From Azolla caroliniana (Eukaryota > Plantae > Polypodiophyta), in NCBI GenBank assembly GCA_043228905.1, contig JBHGNT010000011.1, positions 8,184,001 through 8,248,000 of the forward strand: a stretch of DNA of 64,000 nucleotides, in the 5' to 3' direction. The translations under genes were made by a program, and so were the position numbers. Positions within the stretch are counted from its first letter, which is position 1. Every line of letters begins with the position of its first letter. The notes under the pieces were generated by a model, which worked only from the letters and a program-made list of their open reading frames with translations, was not told where the DNA came from and did not search any database. Positions 1 to 11,800 of this stretch are shown here, piece by piece.

Positions 1-1075
1 GTACAAGTGTAGAGCCACCTGCAAGGTTGAGCTCTACTGTGCCGATTCCGATGATGTCACAGTGTTGTGAGTTGCCGACCCGAACTGAGTCGGAGTGACG
101 GATCGTATATTGCCGAAATTGGGATCGATGAGGAGTCACGTGAAATGACGCGCCCGAATCTAAGAGCCATGTGCTCGATTCTTCAGTCGTGAGTAGAACT
201 TCTGATCCGACTGGATTTTCGATTGATAGTATATTCGGGTCGTCCGGTAGCACATCGGCTGAGAAGCTGACGTAATTGATCTCCTCATGCCGGCCACTCT
301 TCTTGTTGTTCTTGTTCTTGAGTGCGCGGCAGTCGGCTTTGATATGTCCGGGTTTCTTGCAGTAGTTGCAGATTCGGTTATCCCGTGACTGGCTCCGTCT
401 TCGCTGATTGTTCGGCGGTCGTGAGGAATCTCTTCCTCGTATGTTCGATCGGTCTGTCGAACCTTGTACTACATAAGCGTCGTCTGTTGAGTCTTTGGCG
501 AAAGACTTTCTCCGAGCTGCTTCGGTCAGGATTGCGCTCGTGACTTCGGAGTATTTAACAGCCGTGGTTGACGCGTTGCACACGGTTGTGACGAAAGTTT
601 CCCATGATGAGGGAAGGCTGCTCATGAGTATCATTGCTCTGAGTTCATCCTCGATTGCCGTCCCCTGTGACGAGATTTGGGAGCTTATGCTTTCGTACTC
701 ATTGAGGTGTGCTTGAACCGAGTCGGATTCTTTCATCCGCAAGTTGTAGAGGCGCCGGATCAGAAACATCTTCGTTGCAGCGACCTTCTTTTCATAAGTG
801 TCCGACAGTGTTTTCCACAGTTCGAATGCTGTCGTGCACGATTGCACCGTAAAGTATACCGATTCCGATAGGTGCATCCGAATCGTGGCGCGGACGATTC
901 TGTCCAGCTTCTGCCACTCAATTGGTTTGTATCCTTCTGGAGGTTCTTCATTTTCGATGGGATCGATTTGCCCCTTGACTATGAGATAGTCCTGCATTTG
1001 CTCCTTCCAGAAGTTAAAGTTCGATCCATCGAACTTTCGTAGACTCATTTCTGACGAGCCGGATGTTGATGCCAT
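1..1075 (-). CDS. Copia Gag-protease polyprotein (partial, open to window edge)
   Basis: Manual translation: MASTSGSSEMSLRKFDGSNFNFWKEQMQDYL..., zinc knuckle CNYCKKPGHIKADC, protease WLLDSGASFHVTP. No stop seen before position 1. Confidence 0.85.
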   Translation of the reverse strand, partial: MASTSGSSEMSLRKFDGSNFNFWKEQMQDYLIVKGQIDPIENEEPPEGYKPIEWQKLDRIVRATIRMHLSESVYFTVQSCTTAFELWKTLSDTYEKKVAATKMFLIRRLYNLRMKESDSVQAHLNEYESISSQISSQGTAIEDELRAMILMSSLPSSWETFVTTVCNASTTAVKYSEVTSAILTEAARRKSFAKDSTDDAYVVQGSTDRSNIRGRDSSRPPNNQRRRSQSRDNRICNYCKKPGHIKADCRALKNKNNKKSGRHEEINYVSFSADVLPDDPNILSIENPVGSEVLLTTEESSTWLLDSGASFHVTPHRSQFRQYTIRHSDSVRVGNSQHCDIIGIGTVELNLAGGSTLV

Positions 1076-1633
1076 CAAGTTCGGTTTTGGTTGACGAAGC
1101 TCGGTTCGGAGTTGACTACGAACCTTGTTGGAGTGCAGCCGGTTGGCTCACCCGATATCGTTCTAGTCGGATTTGAACCCGAGTCGGTTCGGCTTCGGAT
1201 ATATGTATTGTTGAACTTGCTCGAATTGACTCCGGTAACTTGAGGGACAGAACCGACTGGTCTTCCCGAATGTCGCCAAGTCGGAGTGAGCCCGGTTCGC
1301 TTCGGATATATATGCCGAATACCGATTATTGAAACCGATTATCTGGACCGATTCGGCTTCGGGTGACTGCAGCGACGAGAGAGACGGATCCGACTGATCC
1401 TCCCGAATGTCGATCAGCCAGATGAAGCACGAATTTGGGTTTTGCACAAGGGGATTTCACCTCGAGCGGTTACGATCACAAGGGACAGAGTACAACCTGC
1501 TGGCTTACTCCAAGCAAGGGGATCTAACGCGATGAGGTGCAAACCTCGTTTTTGTTCTTCTTCTCTCTTTCTTCGAATGACGCGAATACTGTGCAGGCCG
1601 TGATGACGGCCGAACCTCTGCTCTGATACCAGA

Positions 1634-1921
1634 TGTTGGAAGCGAGGAGGGTCAATGCGGAAGATCTTGTAGCATTCGATTGCTGTTGCAGTACCTGCGT
1701 ATGACAGTTTGTATGTCCGTTGCACAGAGAGAGAGAGAGAGAGAGAGAGACACAAAAGACACTCTATTTCATAAAGCAATAATACAACAACCAACCCTAC
1801 AAAAAGGTTACAAGGTCACTATATATAGTGACCGACTTAGGGCAGCTACCCTTTATGCTAATTACATAAATGGCCAAAACGGGATAATGTGAATACGTCC
1901 ATTATACACATGTATTCGACA
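1634..1921 (-). repeat. 5' LTR of copia element (about 288 bp)
   Basis: TG...CA termini, adjacent to the PBS, contains a (GA)n tract. Confidence 0.75.
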
Positions 1922-3677
1922 CAAACCCTTCAAATAATGGTCGTATGTACCCTAAACCCTTTAAACTTGCAATAACTATGGAATCTCGTACCACTTTTCA
2001 TGTCCATTGATCTCATGGCTTTCACATAAGCAATTTGAACAATTCCAACATCCTCAAATTACTCCTCTATCTAAATCATATTGAATCCTCACACATAGGG
2101 TTGAGCCCACCTCTAGCCGTTGAACTTGGTTTTTCCTCTTCTAGGTTGACTTGGCATGAAATCTAATTGTGGGTTCTGTCCACTCCCGGTTGAGATTTTC
2201 CCATATAATGCAACCGGTGGGCCCTACACTGCAATTATGAAGATTGAAAAGAACATATTAGTCTCAAACTTTGAGGAATGAATAGGTATTGAAAAACACA
2301 ATACTTACGTAAGATTCATATCCTTTCACAATCTCTGTCTGTATCTTCTCCATCCCCTTGTCTTTTATGGAGTCGTATATCACCATCTTGTCATGTGTAT
2401 AGTTTTGTCCAAATTCAGACTCTATGCGGGTTTAGAGTGGTCCACGGATAACATTGTATGTGTGGAACGCTTTTTCCGTATTAAGCTCTATTATATTTAA
2501 TTTTAGCATTAAAAAGGACTTTATTGACCTTTCCCTTTCGTAGTTACTGAAGTATGAGGGACTCCATTCTTTCCCTTTTGACAACAACTCATATTCCACT
2601 ATCTTTAATCCTCTTCGAAGCACTGTCCTAATGCCATGTTCCTTCAATAAATGCGTCTCTACGTAGACTTTTTTATGAAACCATTACGGGTTTTGTTAGC
2701 ATGACTCTATAATTGTACATACTCAAAATTTGATCCCCATTGGATCTTGGAGACACTTGATAGAAAGTGGGTCAACTCTACCTAATATGATAGTGTTGGA
2801 ATGTTTAATATGCATTAGAATAAACAAATATGTATCTATCCACAACTGGAATAAAATGATCTAATAAACTCTGACATTTTGGAGGAGCATTAACATTTAA
2901 TGTTTCTATTGGTTCATCACGTTTTTGTGGGCTCATCGCTTTTGCATCCTCTATAGTCTCTTCCTTTGGTGCTTCCATGTTGTTTTGGGCCTTCATCTTT
3001 CTTGAATGGTTGCTTTTGATACCCTTTCTTACAAAAAATCTACAACCATTACCGAAGTTAGAACACAAGATCCTGAAGTATAGTCATAAATGCATTTTTT
3101 TTAAAAGAATATGAATAATACGTCCTTTCAGTGGGTCTTCTTTCACCCCAATCTGAATCAATCTCCAGGAACTCTTGGGACCTAGTGGCCATCTATGCAA
3201 GCAAGGCACAAATCAATGGATAAAATGACTTGTATGTGTGTACAAGAATTTGGGGAATAACATCTAGTGCAATCTGAATGCATGCACATTTTGGGCAATA
3301 CCATCCACATTCTTGCACATTTATTCGACAGAGGAAAGGTCTATGCAATTGCTCTACAACTTTGGTTGCAGTACAAACAGAAAGTAAAAGGACATCAATC
3401 AAGAAAGAGGGACATCAATATGAATGCATGCGCTCTCATCCACAACTTTATGTAGGCACAATACCAAATTGAATGCATAAGAATAAGGTAGTAGATTACA
3501 TACCAGATCATATGTGTAGGTACCAGCTGGTGTAGGGAGTTGACAGTGCAAATTGCACAGGATAAGCGAAAAATGTTGTGTTCCTCACTGACCGACCACT
3601 CACGATACCCTCACCTCCTCATCAGGTCTCATTATTTATGATTTGGTAGCAGCAAATAGAAACACGGGTGGGGTGTG

Positions 3678-3682
<5 letters not shown>

Positions 3683-3713
<31 letters not shown>

Positions 3714-3730
3714 ATATATATATATATATA
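3683..3730. repeat. (TATC)n(TA)n microsatellite
   Basis: Directly visible. Confidence 0.95.
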
Positions 3731-3764
3731 AGTACGAAGTGTTCCTACTTAGGCTCGATCTAAT

Positions 3765-6493
3765 GTGGTACATGTGAAGCAAGGGGATGAATTGATAGTG
3801 GATCCTACAACAATAATTGACATATGTCTTCATTACTTTAAGGAGTTGATTGGTCCACAATTGTTAATGACAGATGAGGTGAGTAGAGCACGTCATGAGT
3901 TTTATGATGTGGTTGGATGTATTGTACATGATCTCATTAGTCATGAGTTGGATGCGGATTTCACTGAGGATGAGGTGGATGTAGTTTTAAGGCATCTTCC
4001 TAGTGGTAAGAGCCCTGGTTGGGATGGTTTGACAAATGAAGTTTTTAAGAGATATTCCAACATTTTAAAGGGGCCCTTGACTTTGATGTTTCAACAGTCT
4101 TGGGATTCTGGTTGTCTGCCTCAAGCTTGGAAGATTGGTCTAATTAAACTAGTTCCAAAGGTGGCATCTCCTAAGTCATTTCATCAATGGAGACCTATTT
4201 CTTTGATGGGGGGGTTGTACAAGATATTTACGAAGGTCTTGGCAAATAGATTACAAAAGTATTTGCCAAAGTTGATACACCCCGCCCAATATGGTTTTAT
4301 TGGAGGTAGAAATATATTGCATAATGTGTTGAATGTTCAAATGGCCATGGATTATGCTCGGAACACTCATCAAGAATTGATTATGGTGCAATTAGATTTG
4401 GAGAAAGCTTATGATCATGTTAATTGGTCTTTTGTTTCTGGGTTAATGCATACAATGGGTTTTGGACCTCGTATGTCTCGCCTCATATTTTTATTAGGAC
4501 AAGATGCAGTGTATCGAGTAATGCTTAATGGGGGAGTTACATCAGATATTGCCCTCACAAGATCCGTTCGTCAAGGATGCCCTCTTAGCCCATTGTTGTT
4601 TGCTATTGTTACTCATCCTTTGTTAGTGATGTTATCAAGACTTGCAATAAATGGTGACATTGTGGGTTTACACCTTCCGTCCGGAGGGCAAATAGTAGCA
4701 CAAGCTTTGGTGGATGATTCTTTCATGTTTTTACAAGCCTCATGGGAGAATCTTGAGAAGGGGATGCTTGTATGGAATTAGTTTGCATTGGCTTCCGGAT
4801 TACATATTAATTGGAGGAAGTCTAGTCTCATATCATGCACTGAAAGGGATTTGGAATGTTCAGGATGGCAAGGATCCGTGGTGAAGAAAGGCTCTATTTT
4901 TCGACACTTGGGCTATCCATTAGGAATGAATGTTACAAATGGTCAATTGATTGAATGGATGTCTAGTAAGTTGAAGGATAAGTTCATGTATTGGAAGTCA
5001 CAATCTTGGCCATTTCATGTTCGCTTGAAGGTTGTACAATGTATTATGGAACCCATGATACTATATTACTTGCCATTATTGCCATGGACAAAGAAGGCGT
5101 TGAATTCTGTTTTGCAACCTCTTCGATATTTGTTGTGGAAGAAGAGGGATAAGATGGGAATCACATGGATTGCTTGGAATCATCTAGCAACCCCTAAGCG
5201 ATTGGGGGGGGTTGGAACATTGAACTTATCTATGCATATGATGGCTCGTAGATTTTCATTATTACAAGACATGTGTTCAAACTCACAACCATGGATATCT
5301 ATTGTTCGATATTTCATTGAGAACAAGGGTTTAACAAATGGGAGGACAATGATTAAGGCTTCATGGTGGCAATTACTGAATGGATGTATTTCATTTAGGA
5401 TTCTAGGTTCTTCATGTGTTCAACACTTAGTTACCTCATGGCAAGAAGCACTCTTGTTATGTGTATGCAAAGAGTTACTTGTGTCTTCTCGGTTATTATG
5501 TTGGCCAGGAAAGGAGAGATTGTGTTCTCAATTTAATCGTTTGTTTCGTTTGGGGGTCAAAGAGGTGGGAGATATAGTTGAGGTTCCATCTCAAAGAATT
5601 TTGGAGTTTACTGAAGCACGACAATTATTATGCATCCCGCCTAATTATGGGTTTATTTGGCAACAACTACAGAATATTGCATTGATGCAAGGTCCCTTAC
5701 CTCTACAAACAGGAGAACAACCGTGGATTGATTGGAGTTTAAGGGGTCAAACACCATTGTTACAAATGACTACTAATCTTTTGTATCATTGTTCCGTTGA
5801 GTCTCTTGGATGGTTATTATCTAAGGCTGAAGAAGAATGGAAAATACACAAATATGATCATGGGTGGTGGTAGATCTTACAACGTAGTTGGCATTCTAAA
5901 TTGCCACTTGTTGCAAAGGTATTCATTTAGAGAGTTTTGATCGGAGGATTGCCTTTGGGATTAGCTTTAAAGCATCGTGGACTAACAACGGGTACCTGCT
6001 TCTTTTGCACAGTTCAGATAGAAGATAGTACTCATCGATTTATACAATGTCCAATTGCTTGTCAAATTTGGAGTTACATTTCTCAAATTTGTCAAGTTTT
6101 ATCACGGAGTTATTTGACACCTAGACAATGGGTGTTTGCACAATTTACACAGGCTGACCCAAAATCAGAGATGGAGATTGTTTTCCTATTTCTGAGATAT
6201 TGGGGATTGCGTCATAATTGGAACATACGCAACGCTTTTGTATTCGATGGTAGACATGGAGTGAAAGCATATCTACGAAAGTTGAAGGGAGTACTAATGT
6301 GGCAATTTTCTTTATTGGAACAAGTGGAAATTCTTTCCTCGGTGGAGTGTTCGTCTTGCCTATTGGCAATTCAACATGCTCCCCTACCCATGTAGTGTAG
6401 TGTGGTTAGTGTGTGACCATACTCCATTGTCACACGTATTGTAAGTAGTGTTTTTCACACACATTTATTAATATAATTGTGTGTTTTCACCAA
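3765..6493 (+). mobile_element. 5'-truncated L1-clade LINE, ORF2 (RT plus C-terminal zinc finger) with premature stops
   Basis: KSPGWDG, WRPISL, QYGFI, LDLEKAYD, VRQGCPLSPLLF, LVDD and C-terminal CFFC...HRFIQC. In-frame stops at about 4779, 5871 and 5928. The 3' UTR ends at a GA-rich tract. Confidence 0.9.
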
Positions 6494-6543
6494 AGAGAGA
6501 GGGAGAGAGGGAGAGAGAGGGAGAGAGAGAAAGAGAGAGAAAG
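6494..6543. repeat. GA-rich microsatellite at LINE 3' end
   Basis: Directly visible. Confidence 0.85.
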
Positions 6544-6868
6544 ATATATTAATGCCTTCTAAGGCCAAAATTGGCCCATGAGGCAAATGGTTTACAAAAT
6601 GGGATATTTACCCATTCATCGAAAGTAAAAAATAAAAATAGAGTTTTAAGCTAAATAGTTCTAGTAAAATAAAATAACAAGCATGTTTTGCAATGAAAAT
6701 GATGTTATACTAGGCCTAATTTCCTTTCCATCCAAGTCTCTCGAAGAGAAGCGGGAGGTCAAAGGGTTTGGATGTGGATTTGGCCCGTGGCTCCAATGTA
6801 AAAGGTACCCCAACCATAACTTCTAGTCAACGTAGCTCACGTTCCCTTATCTTCTTAATCCTTTCTAC

Positions 6869-7846
6869 TGTTGGGAGACAGGTCCCTCCGGATGGGAAGG
6901 GAGAAGAACAGTGCCGACGAACAAACTCGGCCGAGGCCGATAGGCCCGGTGAGAACCGGATGAGGAGTACCCGGCTACGGAGAGCCGGATGGCGCAGACC
7001 CGGTATGAACCGGATGAGGAGTACCCGGCTACGGAGAGCCGGATGATACAGGCCCGGTGAGAACCGGAAGAGGAGTACCCGGCTACGGAGAGCCGGATGG
7101 CGCAGACCCGGTATGAACCGGATGAGGAGTACCCGGCTACGGAGAGCCGGATGATACAGGCCCGGTGAGAACCGGAAGAGGAGTACCCGGCTACGGAGAG
7201 CCGGATGGCGCAGACCCGGTATGAACCAGATGAGGAGTACCTGGCTACGGAGAGCCGGATGATACAGGCCCGGTGAGAACCGGAAGAGGAGTACCCGGCT
7301 ACGGAGAGCCGGATGATACAGGCTCGGTGAGAACCGGATGAGGAGCACCCGGCTACGGAGAGCCGGATGACGCAGACCCGGTGAGAACCGGAGGAAGAGA
7401 CATATTCATAAATATGTTTCTGAGAGCCCATTGAGGCTATATTTGTAAATAGCCGAAAAGTCATATTAGTATAAATATGACTTAGGGCAAACTTTTGTTT
7501 GTGTGGTTGTCATTTTCTGTTTTGCACGAGATTGGTGTGCGTAACTGTACATAGAGAGACAGAGAGAGAGAAAGAGGTTGTTGCCTCTGTTGTAACCGCC
7601 GCCTGTGGCGAAGATTTGTGAGCACGAGGTCGGTGCCTCAGTGAACTCACTGTTGTATATTCCTACATAGTGACAGTTTGCAACCTGTGGGCTGCCGTGG
7701 TTTTTCCCCTATTTTGGGGTTTTCCACGTAAACCTCCTGCGTATTCTCTCCTTCTTTGTGTCGCGTTTTATTTCCCGTTTTCTGTGTATCATTCTAAGCT
7801 CGGTTGCGGCCGAGCGTTGCGCATAAGGAACGTTGGGTTCCCGTCA
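6869..7846 (+). mobile_element. Solo LTR related to the copia element at 44510-49785
   Basis: TGTTGGGA...TCCCGTCA termini and 5-bp TSD TCTAC (6864-6868 and 7847-7851). Shares blocks with the LTR at 44510 (GGTCCCTCCGGATGGGA, TTGAGGCTATATTTGTAAATAGCC, TATAAATATGACTTAGGGCAAAC, CCGCCGCCTGTGGCGAAGA). Confidence 0.9.
6945..7395 (+). repeat. 54-bp tandem repeat, about 8.3 copies, inside the solo LTR
   Basis: Units start at 6945, 6999, 7053 ... 7377; core GAGGAGTACCCGGCTACGGAGAGCCGGATG. Confidence 0.95.
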
Positions 7847-7969
7847 TCTACTCCGTGTCGACTTGTTTTGAAGCCCAATATCCGAGGGCGTTTGGTTGTT
7901 CTTTGCGTTTTGACTCCCTTAAGAGAGAGGCTGAGTGGCGTAAGTGTATCCACATTCATCATCTCCCCT

Positions 7970-8393
7970 TGTTCCTGAAAAATTACACTAGTTACAAGTT
8001 GATGAATAGTAAAAGGGTTATGGTTAACACTTTGTAATTTATTCTCCCTATGTTGTTTTAGCTCTAAGATATATCTACCTAGTCTCTTTACATTTGGGGT
8101 ATCTAATAGTTTGGAGAGGGTGGGAGAGGGTCCTAATATGTCTTGGTATTCCACTCGTATCTCGGCATAAGTTGGGCACTTGCACGTGAAGTGATACTCA
8201 TCCTCTATCTCTATATGGCGCAACCTACATAGCCTTTCTTCGCTAGGGACTCTATTAGCCTGACCATTCTCAATCTCGAGTTGGTGAGATGATATTCTAA
8301 GTTGTCCAATGGCAACCCTTAGTGCATTTGATAAGAATGTATCTAGATATATTGGTTGTGTAATAAAACCTAAGTGAGAGAAGTGCAAGAAGT

Positions 8394-8396
<3 letters not shown>
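7970..8396 (-). mobile_element. RTE-like LINE 3' fragment
   Basis: AIGQLRISSHQLEIENG...EERLCRL..IEDEYHFTCKCPTYAEIR is a typical C-terminus of RTE-type ORFs. Confidence 0.75.
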
Positions 8397-8397
<1 letters not shown>

Positions 8398-8438
<41 letters not shown>

Positions 8439-8478
8439 TATATATATATATAATATATATATATATGTATGTATGTAT
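8398..8478. repeat. (GA)n plus (TA)n microsatellites just upstream of the host gene
   Basis: Directly visible. Confidence 0.95.
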
Positions 8479-8527
8479 CACAATCACCTAGGAAAGAAAT
8501 TGTGTGTACGGGGAAGCTCAAATCCTG

Positions 8528-8619
8528 ATGATGGACGATGGAGCTGAGCATGCGTTGTTAATGTTAATGGCCTCCATTCTAGCCATGGAGCCTCCTAAGC
8601 GCGTGCTCTGCTTAGCAAG
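8528..8619 (+). CDS. EEF2KMT: EEF2KMT-like exon 1
   Basis: MMDDGAEHALLMLMASILAMEPPKRVLCLAR, donor AG|GTAAAC. The start codon choice is uncertain. Confidence 0.75.
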
Positions 8620-8791
8620 GTAAACTCATATCCATGCCCTTTTTCTCTTTTTATTTCCCTGGGAAACTAATCCTTAACTTGACTCATAGTGACATCGATA
8701 TATAAATGCAGAGCTTCTGGAAACGGTCATATTACCCAGAAAGTTCAGGCATTTCTATATGACTCCTGCCTCAATCATTCTGTAAGTCTAA

Positions 8792-8831
<40 letters not shown>

Positions 8832-11800
8832 ATAAGAATGATCAACATGACTCATAACAGTTTTAGTTATAGCCGTTAAATCAAGTTGGGAATTTATTTT
8901 CAGATTGCCAGGAAATTTCCTCCAAGTAAAGCGTATGTCCACAATCTGTTGAAGCATGTGATTCTGGCAGCAGAAGGTGAGGGTGAAGAAGTCATGGATG
9001 TCCTGTACCAGGAGCAGGTCTCCTCCTCTCTCAACTCACATGAGGTAAACGCTTCCTTCCTTCCTTCCCCCCGTTTATTATCCTTCAAAAGTATATGGGT
9101 TTCTATATGTGGCATTTTTACTTATTGTTGCAACATATCATACTAAGTGCACGACTCTTTGATATTTTCTTGTAATATTTAAGTTCTAGGAAGATATATC
9201 TGTTTATCATCTTACTTAACAAACCTTTTGTGGGATGTTGTCAAATGTTTTAATAAATGCGTAATATCATCTTTCGTTTTCCTTATGCCTTTCATGTATA
9301 AATATGGTTTTGATCCCCAGTTTAGTCTGTCTGTTGCTTCTAACTGTGAAAATTCATTCTTTGTTTTACAATGTTATATTAATGCAGATTTTGGGGTTTC
9401 GATTATTCAACATGAGTTGGTCGATATTATTCATATTTGTTTAACTTTATTGTGCAGAAATATCGGGGGGAGGAAATGGGAACTCCTAGCAACCATGCCG
9501 ATAGATGTTACAAGTCATATCTTTACTTGATTTCGGAGGACCTAATCACTAAACTATCTGGTTGTTTAGGCAGTGAAGATGCATCCAAGTTCACGGACAT
9601 GATCCTGACTCTAAGAGTTTCATCAAACATGCTGGAAGGAAGCACTGGGTACATATTCTCATCTTTCCTATCAATGCTAATGACATCATACAGAAGGTGG
9701 CATTGTTAATTCATAAATCATAAATTCAAAAGGACACTTTCGAGTACCTTACTTTATATCTTGTTTTCCTTTAGCTTCTCATTACATGTGACAATGAAGT
9801 ACTTATATTGGCATTAGATGCTATGTTTGGCCAGCAGGTCTCTTTCTATCAGAGTTTTTGCTGGCTAATCCCCACATTTTCACAGGACAATGTTGTTTAG
9901 AGGTATGCTTATGTCATTACCTTCTATTTTGTCAATAAACAATATTCCATGGTGAAATGGTGGAAGTGCGTGCAGGTTGGTACAGGTGCTGGTTTGAGCA
10001 GTCTTTGCTTGGCTCAGCTAAAAGCGTCAAAGGTTTACTCAAGCCTTAGAAATCTTCTTTTCTTCCATATCTTTTTGCTGCATGGAGTATGTCTTTCTAG
10101 AAGTGCTTCCATATGAACCATTCTAATTTCATCTGCAAAATGGTCTCTGTTCTCTTGCATTTTGGTATCCAGGAGTCATTGTCAAGTAACTTAAATGTGT
10201 ATTTTGATGAAATATTTTCCCAGAAGCTTGATTTCTCTCATGTCATGGAGTCTTAGGAGTAGAGAGATAACATCTTGTTGTATGGATGGTAACCTGTCCA
10301 TTTCCAGACTCCAGACTCTGATCTCAGAACTGCTCTCTAACAGATGCACGTCTTTCTAGACCTTTTCCTATACGAACCATGCAAATTCCATCTAACAAAA
10401 TGATCTCTATAATCTTGCATTTTGGTGGGCAGGAGCTATCAATTAAGTAACTGAAGTACGTATTTGGATGACTCCATGACATGATGGAAATATTGATGTC
10501 GTCTCTCTAGTCCTAAGACTCCATGACATGATGGAAATATCTCTATACATCATGTCATGGAGTCTTACGACTAGAGAGACAACATCACTGTGTATGGATG
10601 GTAATGTATCCATTTCCAGACTTCAACCTCTGATATGATAACTTCATTCTTAACAGATGCTTGCCACGAAGTTTTAGATCATGCTACTAGGACTCGTGGA
10701 CATTACTTAGGGGCAGTTGAACTTTATTCAACTTTCAGCCTCGGAGGCTAGAGGGGAAAATCCTGTCTTAATATTGTTTCAATGGATCTACAGTGGAGAG
10801 AAACTGATTTCTGTTTGTTTATGAACGGTCCAATTAGTCTGAATGTCCCCAAAGTTTTTCATATACATAAAACACATGAATGTCTACCATTAGGGACTTC
10901 TGATGCTCTTTTTCCTTGTGGTATGCCGATCATATGTCTGTAAACTTAAGGTCATTATACCCAAAATCCCAAGCGACAAATTATAGCATAAATAAATAGT
11001 CATGAACAGCTTACATGCACATGTACTCTAAAATACGATTGGCAGACTCCATACAGACACGAAAATAAAATCTGTTGGGTGGAATGACCATATGCCTAGA
11101 TTGAATGTTACATGCCAAATTGTTAGTAATAGAAAAATAGAAGGTCGAATCAGATAAGTAAAACATTCTAAGATCTATAATCATTATCTCTTTTGTACCT
11201 CTTAAAACACCAACGTAGAAACTATCGTTTTGCACTTTCCTATGTACTGCTCAGTAATGTTTATCTAATTACATTCTTCATCCTTGTGTAAATTATGTAA
11301 GGTGGCTTGAACACTTGCTTGTTGACTATTTCTTCCAGAATGTTTATAAAAAGATTATATGGAGAGAAAATGAATCTTGCGTATTGTTGTCTTTGTATGT
11401 CACCATTTGAAGTTGGTCATAAAAAAGCTTCTTTATATAGTATACAATATATGTATTATTATTTGGCTTATTCATAGGCTTTGTTGTTCTTGTTGGATGC
11501 ATTTGCAGGTCATTGCAACAGATGGTAATCCATCTGCAATGGCGAATTTGAAGCATAATTTCTTGATAAACGGCATACTTAAGAATGAGCACCAAAATGC
11601 TAAAGTAAGCTACCTTATCTACATGAATGATTGAAAACTAGAAAAGCTTGCTAATTAATCTATATATCTAATTATCAACCATATGATTTTCCTAGATGGT
11701 AGTTCCAGAATGAATTTCTCAATGTTTGAGCAATATATGAATTTTCCATGTTTTATGAGTGCTAACAAGCATGAAAATGTTTGCAAACAATTGAAAAGGT

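Larger units (their letters stand above)
1..1921 (-). mobile_element. Ty1/copia LTR retrotransposon, 5' part (continues beyond window start)
   Basis: On the minus strand: LTR TGTCGA...TCCAACA (1921-1634), tRNA-Met PBS TGGTATCAGAGC (1631-1620), then a gag-protease frame running off the window edge. Confidence 0.9.

Noticed and set aside
1925-3500. Possible CACTA-like and RTE-like coding remnants on the minus strand
   Set aside because: Too degraded; only vague motif resemblance, which I cannot support without a profile search.
6945-7395. CRISPR-like appearance of the regular array
   Set aside because: There are no unique spacers and no cas genes, and the context is a eukaryotic LTR.
6768-7464. 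Repetitive ORFs of 92-199 aa on both strands
   Set aside because: They are artefacts of the 54-bp (multiple of 3) tandem repeat inside a solo LTR.
10265-10330. Possible alternative exon resembling exon 7 (MDGNLS)
   Set aside because: There are no suitable splice sites, and the similarity is limited to three residues.
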